Below are positions 37,853 through 47,247 of a DNA stretch of 64,000 nucleotides, in pieces. Source of the stretch: an uncultured Poribacteria bacterium (GTDB lineage Bacteria > Poribacteria > WGA-4E > WGA-3G); assembly GCA_958296135.2 (NCBI GenBank), contig CATQHZ020000001.1, forward strand, positions 1,792,001-1,856,000, written 5' to 3'. The notes under the pieces were generated by a model. It did no database searches and was not told the DNA's origin. It saw only the letters and a program-made list of their open reading frames with translations. Positions within the stretch are counted from its first letter, which is position 1, and every line of letters begins with the position of its first letter. The translations under genes and the position numbers were made by a program.

Positions 37853-39244
37853 TTACCCGGCCGGATCCTGCGTCAATTTCAGCGAGATGCGATAGCCTTC
37901 TAGGCCCGGGTCGGTGTCAACAATTTTCTGGACTTCTGCCTGGCTCCGCCGTTTTGCCGGGAAGTCATCGGCATTCGCGCACCGGAGTGCTATCCGCGCG
38001 CCGATTGCGCTGGCGGCGCGTAGGTTTTCCAACCTCACTTTTTCCAACGTATCATAGGCGGTATGCCCGAATCCTCTGCCGGAGGGTGGTGCACCCGGGT
38101 CGCCGATGTGACTTGAAGGCACGCCTTTCAGGAAAAACGGAAAATGATCCGAGTAGGAATGCACCTTTTGTCCAACTGGCACCTCCGCGTTCAATTGCGC
38201 GGCCGCTTCCTGAAAAAAGGGTTCAAGCGTCTGCCATTGATGCAGGACAATTCCCTTACGGCTTGCGCCGCCAGCGGCATCCATATTCAGCATGAACCGC
38301 ACGCTATCCAATTCGGATGTGTGCGCATCGACATACCGAAACGCTCCTGTTAGTCCAATCTCTTCGGTGCCGAAGGCGATAAACCTGACGGTGCGCTTGA
38401 GCGAACCGGCGGTGTAGGCAGACAGCACGCGCGCCGCCTCTATCACCGATACCATGCCGGAGGCAGGATCGTGCGCACCTTGCGAGATGTCGTGTCCATC
38501 GTAGTGGCATCCGAGAATCACCATTTCGTTGCGATGGCGGCCGCTCCCCGGCAAATCGGCAATGACATTCCACGATGTGCGGGGTTCGTTGACATCCGTG
38601 GTTCGGAGTTTCAAATTTACCTTTCGGTGACGTGCGAGTAATCGCAGTAAAAATTCGCCATCCTCTTTGCAAACGGAGATGCCGGGGATGGGTGCTGCCC
38701 GGTCGTTCTGCAGGCTACCTGTTTCGGGGCCGACCCCGGGGTGTTCGCTGACGAAAATAAAGGCACTCGCGCCGCCGAGCACCGCTCGCTCAAATTTCTC
38801 CTTCCGATGCACCCATCTGCCCAAGTCGGGTGGCGAAGAGCTCTGCGCCATGACGAGTTTCCCGGCACTGGCATCGCCGAGAGCACTGTACTCCGCGGGG
38901 CTGCCACATCCAGCGGAAATGAGCTCACCGGTGATGTCTCCCGCCGGGCAGTAAGGGAGCGAAATGCAGTGCAGCGCACGTTGCATCGGCTCAAGAATCT
39001 CTAACCTCGCCGTGCCGCGCGTCCAGCCAGCATACGGATACTCTTCAAGTTTGACGCTCTGGAGTCCGTAGTATTTAAAGCGTTCGGCGATGAAGTTCGC
39101 GGCTGCGTATTCCTCCGGCGTTCCTGCGAATCGTGAACCGTAGTCGTCGCATAAAACCGTCAAGTTCTCCATCACTTCTTGAGACGTGTAAATGTCGCCG
39201 ACCAGCTGCCGGTCGAGTTGTAAATAAGGATTCGTTTTGCTCAT
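37853..39244 (-). CDS. M28 family peptidase with PA domain
   Basis: GCHYD, HDPASG, TEEIGL, NMD, SDH, GHTAYD. Confidence 0.9.
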   Translation of the reverse strand: MSKTNPYLQLDRQLVGDIYTSQEVMENLTVLCDDYGSRFAGTPEEYAAANFIAERFKYYGLQSVKLEEYPYAGWTRGTARLEILEPMQRALHCISLPYCPAGDITGELISAGCGSPAEYSALGDASAGKLVMAQSSSPPDLGRWVHRKEKFERAVLGGASAFIFVSEHPGVGPETGSLQNDRAAPIPGISVCKEDGEFLLRLLARHRKVNLKLRTTDVNEPRTSWNVIADLPGSGRHRNEMVILGCHYDGHDISQGAHDPASGMVSVIEAARVLSAYTAGSLKRTVRFIAFGTEEIGLTGAFRYVDAHTSELDSVRFMLNMDAAGGASRKGIVLHQWQTLEPFFQEAAAQLNAEVPVGQKVHSYSDHFPFFLKGVPSSHIGDPGAPPSGRGFGHTAYDTLEKVRLENLRAASAIGARIALRCANADDFPAKRRSQAEVQKIVDTDPGLEGYRISLKLTQDPAG

Positions 39245-39384
39245 GTTTATCCTATAACCATTTGTCCCTCAAGGGGTTCTTTCGTATGATTGCAGAAAAT
39301 AACGTCACCTTTCGCAGTAGCGTTTTACCACAAGAGCCGTTCGTTCCTGCGACAACAGAAAAATGGCATAAAAAGGAGAGGCAC

Positions 39385-40341
39385 CTATGTCTGCATCGTC
39401 GCGCCTGGGCTTCGCGTACCCTCTTGCAGCGTTTCTGCTTGCGCGGCGGAAGTGTCTTGCGGTGTCCGCGGAAAGGTTCTCATTCGTGAACCCGCGATCT
39501 TTTTCAGCTGCCACGTATCCAGGATTTGGATGCGCCGAAACCGCTTTTTAATGATATGATGCCGCTGGAATTGCTCCAAGAGCTCTTCCATTTCCTCCTC
39601 CGAGCTCCCGATTAACCGTGAAAACGCCTTTGTAGAGAACTTGCAAGTCCACACCGTGCCAGCGGGTAGCGGCGGCCTTGCGTAGTGCTGAAGAAGTAAG
39701 GCCAGCCGAGATGCAGGCGACCGGAAGGCGACATTGCTCAATGTGTTGGTAACTTCCGACCGGCGAGTTTTTTGGACGGCGCAAGCGTGATAAATGAAAC
39801 GCTGGGCTTGAAACGGAGCAGTCTTTTCACGAAGCCTTGCGGACGACATAAATCCTCGCCCTCCGTGCTGCTGACGGACTTCGGCACAGCGGGGGACAGG
39901 CCCTCGCGCGACAAAGGGTTTGAACACTTGCTGGATAAGCGTGCTGAAGTTTTTTGTTCGCATCGGCATAGCCAAATGCGGTTTCCGTTTTAAGAAAAAC
40001 ATGAAATTCCGCACGCTGATAACTCCGATGACACTCTCCGTAATCGCCTCGGCGGTGACGTTTGAAAGTTCGTCGTCTTCTTCCCACGCGACTGCGCCGA
40101 AAACTTCGCCAGATGTGAGCACTTCCAAGGTGATTGGCTCGGCCTCCTCAAGCGGGGTTTCATAGATTTTGACGCGTCCCTCCTTGAGCAGATAAACGCC
40201 TTCTGCACAGAGAGGCTCTCCGATTTTGAAACGTTTGAAGGCGGTTATCTGGGCCAGCGCGTCCGCGTCTGCATCGGCGAGCGCGCGGAAGATATCAATC
40301 TGTTTGATGCACCAGAATCGCTCTGGGACGAAATTTTTCAT
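39385..40341 (-). CDS. Crp/Fnr family transcriptional regulator with large internal insertion
   Basis: YLLKEGRVKIY, GEVFG, SRLALLL, LIGSSEE HTH. Confidence 0.8.
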   Translation of the reverse strand: MKNFVPERFWCIKQIDIFRALADADADALAQITAFKRFKIGEPLCAEGVYLLKEGRVKIYETPLEEAEPITLEVLTSGEVFGAVAWEEDDELSNVTAEAITESVIGVISVRNFMFFLKRKPHLAMPMRTKNFSTLIQQVFKPFVARGPVPRCAEVRQQHGGRGFMSSARLREKTAPFQAQRFIYHACAVQKTRRSEVTNTLSNVAFRSPASRLALLLQHYARPPLPAGTVWTCKFSTKAFSRLIGSSEEEMEELLEQFQRHHIIKKRFRRIQILDTWQLKKIAGSRMRTFPRTPQDTSAAQAETLQEGTRSPGATMQT

Positions 40342-40931
40342 CAGTTTTCAGATTTATCAGGAAACGCAACGTGGCGATAGATGTGCTTCAAGGGCAGCTT
40401 GCATTCAACCGACACGATGGGTAGCACATCCTCAATGTCCCGGAATTCGGTCAAGAGCCACTGCGGGCCTTGGCGGAGATAGTGCTCAACGTGAACGCTA
40501 TCCTGTGAAATGAGGATGTATTCTTGGAGCGATGCCAGCTGCCGATACTGCGCGAATTTCTCGCCTCTGTCACGGGCTTCAGTTGAAGGCGAAAGCACTT
40601 CAATCACAACCGCCGGGTTAAGAAGAGTGTCAAAGACATCATCCTCAAAGCGAGCTGGACCGCAGACAACAAGGATATCTGGGTACAAATAGGAATCCGC
40701 TCCCCCGGCTCTGACACGCAGATCCCCGGCGTAGAGACTATACTCCAGGTCATCCAACAAGTTACCGAGCCTCAGAATTATATTTACTGTGATGCGATTA
40801 TGCGCTCTGCTTGCTCCGGACATTGCAATTATCGCTCTGTTAAGGTATTCGTTTTTAAAATCCGCCTTGCGCTCCCAAGCGAGGTATTCGGCCGGGGTTA
40901 AGTGCGTTGGGGCTGCAACAGGTAATGACAT
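40341..40931 (-). CDS. Uma2 family endonuclease
   Basis: EYLAWER, MSGAS..HN, YPDI, IEVLSPST..DRGEKF..Y, EYILISQD. Confidence 0.93.
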   Translation of the reverse strand: MSLPVAAPTHLTPAEYLAWERKADFKNEYLNRAIIAMSGASRAHNRITVNIILRLGNLLDDLEYSLYAGDLRVRAGGADSYLYPDILVVCGPARFEDDVFDTLLNPAVVIEVLSPSTEARDRGEKFAQYRQLASLQEYILISQDSVHVEHYLRQGPQWLLTEFRDIEDVLPIVSVECKLPLKHIYRHVAFPDKSEN

Positions 40932-41005
40932 GACTGCCTCCTTAAACGCGTTTTCGTTTGAGTTAACCGATTAACATTTTAACGTAAAACGCATTAAAAT
41001 TCAAG

Positions 41006-41240
41006 TTTTTTGTATTTCCTAGCGGTAGTTTGGCTGCGTGGAGTCTGATGAGGTTGCCTCAGCAGGCCGACTTGACGGTAGTCAGTCGCTCTGCCGGTCA
41101 CGCCTATGGAAAACTGCGTACAGTAGGGAAACCGTCGATCTGACGAGGCAGCTCAACTGTCTTGATAGACGTGACCGTTGCATCGCATAAGCAAACTACC
41201 TTATTCTTATCAGACCGATTGTCTTGATAGACGTGACCGT
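41006..41240. repeat. Intergenic repeat cluster: one ~85-nt element (41006-41085) plus three copies of a ~25-nt repeat
   Basis: TTTTTTGTATTTCCTAGCGGT..AGCAGGCCGACTTGACG; exact 21-mer TGTCTTGATAGACGTGACCGT at 41158 and 41220, with an inverted diverged copy at ~41095-41117. Confidence 0.8.
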
Positions 41241-41255
41241 GGCACCACCTAAGTA

Positions 41256-41951
41256 CTATCCAGGGATTCCGAAAAAAAGAGAGAAAAAACGATGAAAAAA
41301 AAGCGTTGTGAGAATCTTATAGCCTGCCTTCAGCGTACCGAGAACCGTGCCGCTGATTTTGGAAGTGCCGATGCGCTTTCGGTAACGGACTGGCACCTCA
41401 CAGACTTTTAGTCCCATTTTTGCCGCCTTGATTTGCATCTCTACCGTCCAGCCGAACGTTTTGTCCTGCATATCTAGTGCCAGCAGTTGCGGGTAACGGA
41501 TGGCTCGAAACGGCCCGAGGTCTGTCCAATGAACACCGAAAAACCGCTGCATTAAAAGGCAAGCGAGCCAATTGCCGAACCGTGCTTGCGGTAACAACGC
41601 CCCCTTTGAAGCCACCCGCGTGCCGACGACAAAGTCTGCCTTTCCATCAAGAATCGGTTGGACAAGTCGCGGCATCTCTGTTGGATAGTCACTGTAGTCA
41701 CCGTCAAGAAAGACGACGACATGGGGTTCAGCCACCGCTGCGATGCCCGCGAGACAGGCATAGCCGTAGCCTTTTTGCGGCTCCGTTACAACCTTCGCGC
41801 CATTCCGTTTTGCCACTTCTGCCGTGTTGTCGGTGCATCCGTTGTCAACGACGATAATCTCCTGCACGAGGGTTTTGGGAATATCGCCGATGACGTTGGC
41901 AATGGATGCCTCTTCATTCAGCACGGGAATGATGACAGATATTTTTTTCAT
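41256..41951 (-). CDS. Glycosyltransferase family 2
   Basis: VIIPVLNEE, VVDNG, DGDYSD, DLGPFRA, GWTVEMQ. Confidence 0.93.
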   Translation of the reverse strand: MKKISVIIPVLNEEASIANVIGDIPKTLVQEIIVVDNGCTDNTAEVAKRNGAKVVTEPQKGYGYACLAGIAAVAEPHVVVFLDGDYSDYPTEMPRLVQPILDGKADFVVGTRVASKGALLPQARFGNWLACLLMQRFFGVHWTDLGPFRAIRYPQLLALDMQDKTFGWTVEMQIKAAKMGLKVCEVPVRYRKRIGTSKISGTVLGTLKAGYKILTTLFFHRFFSLFFGIPG

Positions 41952-42022
41952 TTGTCGTCTGGCGGGGGACAGGCCTTCGCCCTACCGAAAAAAAGACAGT
42001 TGTTGGGAGAACAACGCGCGTC

Positions 42023-43030
42023 TTACAACTTTGTGGCCGGTTCCTCAACTGTCTCAAGCAGGCGTTGGATAACTGCGTCCGAATCGACTCCCTCTGCCTC
42101 GGCGTGGAAATTGGTTAAGATACGATGCCGTAGCACCGCTGGCGCAACTGATTTGACATCCGTAATGGAGGCGTTGTAGCGTCCCTTCAAGATGGCTCTC
42201 GCTTTCGCGCCTAAGATGAGATATTGTCCCGCGCGGGGCCCCGCGCCCCATCGCACCCACTGCTGAATGAAATCGGGGGCTTTCTCGGCTTTCGGCCGGG
42301 TTGCACGGGCCAGTCTCACGGCATATTGCACGACATTATCTGCTGCAGGGACGCGCCGGACAATTTTATGCAGCGCCAAAATCGCCTCACCGGAGAGCGC
42401 GGTTTCAAGTTCAGGCTCTTCAGCACCTGTTGTTGAGGAGACTATCTCTGTCTCCTCCGCCTCGGTCGGGTAGCTGATGACGACTTTGAACATGAACCGG
42501 TCCAACTGCGCTTCTGGCAAGGGGTACGTTCCTTCCTGCTCGATCGGGTTCTGTGTGGCGAGCACGAAGAAAGGCTGTTCCAGTTGGAATTCGGTGCCGC
42601 CGGCGGTGACGTGATGCTCCTGCATCGCCTCCAAGAGTGCCGCTTGTGTCTTGGGCGGCGTGCGGTTAATTTCATCGGCGAGGAGGATATTCGCGAAGAT
42701 GGGGCCCTGAATGAACCGAATGGTTCGATGCCCCGTCGTCCGGTCTTCCTCTAGCACATCGGTGCCGGTGATGTCGGCAGGCATCAGATCTGGGGTGAAC
42801 TGAATGCGCTTGAATTTCAGGTTCAAGATCTGCGCTAATGTCTTAATCATCAGCGTTTTCGCGAGCCCGGGCACGCCTTCTAGTAGGCAGTGTCCGCCGG
42901 CAAAAAGTGCCATCAACATTTCGTTGATAACCGCCTCTTGCCCGACAATCACTTTTTTGAGTTGCGCCAAGATGAGTTCCTGGCTCTCCATGAGTTCTTC
43001 AATCGCTTGAACTTCTTCTGTTGCTGGCAT
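42023..43030 (-). CDS. MoxR family AAA+ ATPase
   Basis: [45 protein letters not shown]. Confidence 0.95.
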   Translation of the reverse strand: MPATEEVQAIEELMESQELILAQLKKVIVGQEAVINEMLMALFAGGHCLLEGVPGLAKTLMIKTLAQILNLKFKRIQFTPDLMPADITGTDVLEEDRTTGHRTIRFIQGPIFANILLADEINRTPPKTQAALLEAMQEHHVTAGGTEFQLEQPFFVLATQNPIEQEGTYPLPEAQLDRFMFKVVISYPTEAEETEIVSSTTGAEEPELETALSGEAILALHKIVRRVPAADNVVQYAVRLARATRPKAEKAPDFIQQWVRWGAGPRAGQYLILGAKARAILKGRYNASITDVKSVAPAVLRHRILTNFHAEAEGVDSDAVIQRLLETVEEPATKL

Positions 43031-43242
43031 TTTTTGTTGTTCCTAGCGGTTGTTCAGCTGCATTTGGGCAGAGAACGTTGACTTATACCAAATTAGATTG
43101 ATTGTCTTGTGTCTGTAGGGCAAGCCTGTCTCGTCTTGTCCTGTTCGGGCTCCCGATGTCACTAACAGCGGCGGGTCGCGAGCCCAAACGACTCAGGTTC
43201 ATTTGGTATTAGCAGGCCGTCTTCACGTTGTGAAGACTTGCA
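43031..43242 (-). repeat. ~85-nt element split by a ~120-nt insert; abuts the MoxR ATG
   Basis: Minus strand GCAAGTCTTCACAACGTGAAGACGGCCTGCTA ... TAAGTCAACGTTCTCTGCCCAAATGCAGCTGAACAACCGCTAGGAACAACAAAAA-ATG. Confidence 0.9.
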
Positions 43243-43401
43243 TGTCTGGGATTCGGTTAAATAAAGATGGGTCCGGTCCATTTCCAGACCGGAGCCCGGT
43301 TGCAAACCACGCAGAATTGTATTCCGCCTCTTTGAAGTGGGACATACATCAACGCGGGTTCTATCGGAATTTCCGTTCTAGCCCTCTGCGTGGGATAAGA
43401 A

Positions 43402-46287
43402 CTAATTGAGTCTCCTAAGGATGAACCGTTTTGGCCCGCGGTTGGAAGCAATCCGTACCACATCCTTGAGATGCATAATTTGGCTCGGTTCAACCCGTGG
43501 GGTATAGAAACTGACGGTTTGTCGCATCTCCGCCTTCCGCTTGGAATGCGCGTAGGCGAGTTCAATTTCGGCGACATCGGTTTTCAACGTCTGTGCAGCC
43601 GGGACGGTATCGATGACGAACGGTGCATCCGCATGCACGCTGATTTTATCCTCAAATACCAACGCTTTTCCGATGACAGCGGGATGAGTGCGCTGCTCCT
43701 CACTCAGCAGTTCGGCATAAGGGTGCTTAATAAGCGGGAGTTCAAGCACAAATTGGCTGCCGATTGCATACAGATATTCCTCGCATGTCCACGTGAGCGT
43801 CACCTTCAACTCGCGCTTTAATTCATGCAGTCCCGAGATTTTGAATTCCTCAACTTTGGCGCGTTCGTCTAATTCCAACGTTTTATGAAGGAACTCGGCT
43901 TGCTCTTCCTTTGTGCTGAAGCGCGATAACTTACTCCGAAGTTTCGTATTGAAACTCCCCGTAACCTTGAGTTCTTGGCGGACTGTTACGCCCCGGTCTT
44001 TTTTCACCTGCACCCGTGTGTCGACGCGTTTGATGTTAGACGCTGCGTCCAGGACGGGGCTCTTTTGAAAGAGATAGAGCTGGTTGGCTAGCGAGTGCGC
44101 TGACGATTCGTTGCGTCTCCCGGATTCATCGTCACGTTCGAGGAAATCCGGGTTGATAATGAGCGTCCATCTATCCTGGTCGTTCGCTGGAAAATCGCCG
44201 AAGGCGCAGGTTTCGGCGGTTGCGTCCAGCCAGAGGAATTCGTCATCTTTTTCACCCTCAACGGCGAGGATCATGTGATTGAAATAGGCCAACGAGGGGA
44301 TTTCTTTGACAATTTCACGTGAATCGCCGGCAGAGATGAGGACGGGATATGAGGCGATACCGGCGTGCTTCAGCATCGTAGAGAGCAGCGTCGTTTTATC
44401 CTTGCAATCCCCCCTGCCCTCCTTCAAAACGGCTGCGGCGGGATAGGGTTTAATGGCCCAAATTCCGAGTTCAAATCCGAGGTACCGGATTTGCGTGGCG
44501 ACGTATTCGTAAAGTCGTCGGATCTTTTCCCGTCTGCTCCATGCGCCCCGGAGGAGTTCCTCAGTCTTCGCCTCAATGTCAGGGGTAATCGTATCCTGTT
44601 CGCGAATGAGGGTTGCATACCACGTCACTAGTTTATCCCAAGACGCTAGTGAAGAGATGCTGATGTTGTACGCCAGATCTTGCGGCGCGGGCATGAGGTA
44701 TTCCTCTGTCAAGGGTGGCACATCGTGTGCTTTAAATGTATAGGTGCGCGTGTAATTGTTCTCCGTAAGCGTTGGCTCTATCGCAGTACCCTCCACCTGT
44801 CCCTTCACAACATAGTGGAGCTCTTTTTTCTTTGGAATGTGCGCGCGGAACCGATAGGACAGCACTGGTACCGAGGTCTGGAAATAGACCTGCCGCCAAA
44901 ATTCGCCCTGCATGACATGCCCCAGATTATTCGTTGAGTAAGCGTAATCGATGATGCATCCTGGGGTGAGTTCGGGCATTGTGAAATACATCAAGCGTGC
45001 ATCCACGTATAACCCAGCTTCAACAGCACTTGGCGGCGGGATGTCCCGGAGAATCTCGGCGGGATTCAGTTTGATGATTTCCCCATCAGGCGTAAGCGTT
45101 CTGGCGTGATGAATGGTGACATCATCTCGGCCGCGCATATACGGAATGCTGATTTCGCCGAGGCCGTATCCGTTCTCATTGAAAATTCTGACAATTCGGC
45201 GGGTGGAATAGATATGCTTACTGGCCTCATCAATGTCCACTTCGACGGCTTCCCACAGCACGACTGCGCCAGCATCAGGATAATCTTCCGCCTCTGGCAT
45301 GTTTTGAATAGCGGTTTGGATTGCGTCTTCGTCTGCTTCGCTGATAAAATCATAGGGGATAGATGAAGCGTCTTTTGCTCCGCTGCTATTCCCTGGCCTG
45401 CGGTTGTGCGCGTGGTTCTGACTGTCCAAGAGTAAGGAGCCGCGTCCTTCTTCCATCGCGTCTGCGAGCTCTGTCGGTTCGTCTTGCACCGGTAAAGGCG
45501 AACGCCGTTTGCCTAGGAACGTCTCCGCTGCAAGTGCGCCTTCACCCTTATCTTCCAAATCTTTTCGTGACGCGTTTCTGTCGCCGTTATCGTCCAGATG
45601 CGGATGTTCGGATTGAACAGAACCGTCATTTTCATACCACGCCTTGGTTTGTTCCTGCAGCCATAAAAACGCCTCTAACAGCGAGACGGCACCGTCGCTG
45701 TTTGTATCGGCAGTGGCAGTAGAGAATGCATCGACCAGGGCATCGCCAAATCCGGCTTGTAGCGAGTATCCCTCATTCCGTGAGCTTGAGGTGAGAATTA
45801 TCGTTTCCGGTGCGCTGACGCGCGGCACAAACCTCGCGCTGTAAGGGAACCCGAAGATTAAAATCTTTTGCGCCGCAGGAATGCGGTTGATGCTATCGGC
45901 GTATTCGGTTTCGCTAATATCGCGGCCCGGCAGGTTAAATTTTAACCCCTGGCTGGAACGGGAAGCGTGTCCCATCATGAAAAGCAAAAACCGGTCTGGC
46001 GGTTGCATCTTCTCTGCGAGTTGCGCGAACGCCGCTAAAATCGGTTCCCGTTTTGCTGCTGCATCGACGAGCCCCGGGATATCCCCCTCATCTTCAAAAA
46101 GGAAGGTGATTTGCTCGGGGGAATAGCCGTATTCGTCGGCGAGCAGTTGGTGAAATCGGGAGGTGGCACTCCAGAATGCATCGTAGAACGATTTTTCACC
46201 GCCGACACCACCGATGATGAGAGCGTAGTCCGCTCCAAAACCCATCGTGGGCATTAAGAGAACAACAAGTAGCGCGAGCATTTTCAT
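43402..46287 (-). CDS. Secreted protein: C13/caspase-fold-like N-domain plus DUF3857 and transglutaminase-like domain
   Basis: Signal MKMLALL; ALIIGG..GHA; GDCKDK, FNHMI, LDAT triad. The track extension to 46560 is repeat-derived. Confidence 0.8.
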   Translation of the reverse strand: MKMLALLVVLLMPTMGFGADYALIIGGVGGEKSFYDAFWSATSRFHQLLADEYGYSPEQITFLFEDEGDIPGLVDAAAKREPILAAFAQLAEKMQPPDRFLLFMMGHASRSSQGLKFNLPGRDISETEYADSINRIPAAQKILIFGFPYSARFVPRVSAPETIILTSSSRNEGYSLQAGFGDALVDAFSTATADTNSDGAVSLLEAFLWLQEQTKAWYENDGSVQSEHPHLDDNGDRNASRKDLEDKGEGALAAETFLGKRRSPLPVQDEPTELADAMEEGRGSLLLDSQNHAHNRRPGNSSGAKDASSIPYDFISEADEDAIQTAIQNMPEAEDYPDAGAVVLWEAVEVDIDEASKHIYSTRRIVRIFNENGYGLGEISIPYMRGRDDVTIHHARTLTPDGEIIKLNPAEILRDIPPPSAVEAGLYVDARLMYFTMPELTPGCIIDYAYSTNNLGHVMQGEFWRQVYFQTSVPVLSYRFRAHIPKKKELHYVVKGQVEGTAIEPTLTENNYTRTYTFKAHDVPPLTEEYLMPAPQDLAYNISISSLASWDKLVTWYATLIREQDTITPDIEAKTEELLRGAWSRREKIRRLYEYVATQIRYLGFELGIWAIKPYPAAAVLKEGRGDCKDKTTLLSTMLKHAGIASYPVLISAGDSREIVKEIPSLAYFNHMILAVEGEKDDEFLWLDATAETCAFGDFPANDQDRWTLIINPDFLERDDESGRRNESSAHSLANQLYLFQKSPVLDAASNIKRVDTRVQVKKDRGVTVRQELKVTGSFNTKLRSKLSRFSTKEEQAEFLHKTLELDERAKVEEFKISGLHELKRELKVTLTWTCEEYLYAIGSQFVLELPLIKHPYAELLSEEQRTHPAVIGKALVFEDKISVHADAPFVIDTVPAAQTLKTDVAEIELAYAHSKRKAEMRQTVSFYTPRVEPSQIMHLKDVVRIASNRGPKRFILRRLN

Positions 46288-46312
46288 GGTTCTCAGTGCG
46301 GCGTTCAACTGC
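46288..46312 (-). repeat. Diverged element 3' end abutting ATG 46287
   Basis: Minus strand GGCAGTTGAACGCCGCACTGAGAACC-ATG. Confidence 0.5.
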
Positions 46313-46545
46313 CACTTGACTAAGCCTACTGATTTATCAGGCTGCATTCGCGGTTGGCGAATGCTTATCTCCCTTGGCACATACAATTTTACCATTTTTC
46401 GTCTCCCACTTTTCGCTGGTAAAAGAAAGAACCCATTCCGATGAAACACCGAATGAAGATTAAGAAAATAACCAGGTCTTCCCGGCGAGCGAATATAGAA
46501 ATCCGCCCTTACACTCATCGCACTCCTTGGCCAGAAGCTGCAAGG

Positions 46546-46585
46546 CAACGTTCCCGGCACAATAGCAGTTAAACCACCGCATAGG
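46546..46585 (+). repeat. Element 3' half at the Uma2 truncation point
   Basis: CAACGTTCCCGGCACAATAGCAGTTAAACCACCGCATAGG. Confidence 0.75.
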
Positions 46586-46708
46586 GACTAATTCTCCCTT
46601 AACGTATTCATAACCGTCAACGTCGCTTGCCAGAAATTCCTCCAGCGTCATCCTGACGTTTTCGGGGAGGATTCCCTCTGGCGTGAGTTGCTGATGTGCT
46701 AGAGCCAT
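46579..46708 (-). pseudogene. Truncated Uma2 endonuclease (N-terminal ~43 codons only)
   Basis: MTLEEFL..DGYEYVKGELVPM, after which the sequence switches to repeat DNA and stops at 46460. Confidence 0.75.
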
Positions 46709-46711
46709 CTC

Positions 46712-47182
46712 TTATTCCTCCGCAAAATCGCTTTTTCCACCCGTTTTTTTGACTAACCGAATGTCGGAGATACGCATCCCCCGGTCTGCCGATTTGCACA
46801 TATCGTAGACGGTGAGGCCTGCTACTGACACCGCGGTGAGTGCCTCCATTTCTACGCCGGTTCGTCCGACGGTTTGGACTTCCGCCTCAATCTCAATTTT
46901 CTCATCCACAATTGCTAGTGCGACACGGACAGAAGTGAGTGCGAGGGGATGGCACAACGGGATGAGCTCACCGGTGCGTTTGGCCGCCATGATGCCGGCC
47001 AAACGCGCTACCTCCAAGACATCGCCCTTTTTGATGCGCTGCGCCGCGATGAGTTGGAGCGTCTCGGGTTTGGCAGTCACATGTCCTTGTGCGATGGCGA
47101 TGCGCAACGTCTCGGGTTTCTCACCGACGTTTACCATTCGCGCGGCACCTTTCTCGTCAAAATGCGTGAATTTTTCTGTCAT
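46712..47182 (-). CDS. moaC: Cyclic pyranopterin monophosphate synthase
   Basis: [42 protein letters not shown]. Confidence 0.96.
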   Translation of the reverse strand: MTEKFTHFDEKGAARMVNVGEKPETLRIAIAQGHVTAKPETLQLIAAQRIKKGDVLEVARLAGIMAAKRTGELIPLCHPLALTSVRVALAIVDEKIEIEAEVQTVGRTGVEMEALTAVSVAGLTVYDMCKSADRGMRISDIRLVKKTGGKSDFAEE

Positions 47183-47247
47183 TTGTATGCGTTCGGCGGA
47201 CATCTCCTGAATAAAGAACGTCCACTTCCCAAGTCGTCTTGGCGATA

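Noticed and set aside
41045-41150. CTGATGAG and CTGACGAG hammerhead-like cores
   Set aside because: No properly closed stem II before GAAA and no room for stems I/III; the region is explained by degenerate repeats.
41158-41240. Two identical 21-mers 62 nt apart as a mini-CRISPR
   Set aside because: Only two units, no cas genes or leader, and the motif occurs dispersed and inverted elsewhere.
46288-46560. Long N-terminal extensions in the ORF track (also 4454-4561, 20803-20925, 27593-27667, 47183-47251)
   Set aside because: They read through repeats, promoters or neighbouring genes; downstream starts fit the RBS, signal peptide or family N-terminus better.
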